Positions 63,896 through 64,000 of a DNA stretch of 64,000 nt are shown one piece after another. The notes beneath the pieces were generated by a model. The model did no database searches, was not told the origin of the DNA, and was given only the letters and a program-made list of their open reading frames with translations. Numbering within the stretch: position 1 is the first letter of the stretch; each line of letters begins with the position of its first letter. The stretch lies in assembly GCF_006345805.1 (NCBI RefSeq), contig NC_043001.1, positions 27,156,001 through 27,220,000 on the forward strand, written 5' to 3'. Source of the stretch: Octopus sinensis. Lineage: Eukaryota. The position numbers and the translations under genes are program-made.

Positions 63896-64000
63896 TATGA
63901 TTAGGTATTTGCCACATTAATCATATTACTGCTATTTTCAAGAGACTGTAGCTATTTAACTTTTAAAGGCTGAAGGGCTTTCTGGAGAGGCAAAGAACAG

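Overview
AT-rich, microsatellite- and transposon-dense animal genomic DNA. The SINE/RTE repertoire looks cephalopod (Octopus-like); this is an inference, not a database match. Most of the six-frame ORF track is artefact from microsatellites or from decayed transposases and retroelements. The main result, invisible to the ORF track, is a plus-strand micro-exon gene. A 76-nt signal-peptide exon (38599-38674) is followed by four phase-0/0 micro-exons of 33, 36, 33 and 33 nt (53974-54006, 55644-55679, 59198-59230, 62659-62691). Each micro-exon starts with a Cys codon and is bounded by canonical AG/GTAAG sites. Joined, they encode MKLPIFILVILVFALWLDEIEA-KKQ|CSRLKGREKAK|CMKENRSPNNKR|CGGLRGRERAQ|CNKRGPAPNTT|..., a secreted, highly cationic, Cys-periodic peptide with an A-B-A'-B' repeat. 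No stop codon is found, so the gene is incomplete in this window. The second result is a set of minimal hammerhead-ribozyme motifs in Penelope-like (PLE) terminal repeats; at least three unrelated families carry the compensatory U3-A8 core (UUGAnAA) instead of C3-G8 (CUGAnGA). The window also holds a young 2.7-kb non-coding LTR retroelement with near-identical LTRs, PBS, PPT and a 4-bp TSD, plus a related solo LTR. The remainder is Tigger, mariner, Tc1 and Chapaev-like remnants, PLE and RTE fragments, MITEs, several large palindromes and many SINEs. Repeat boundaries without a TSD are approximate (tens of bp).
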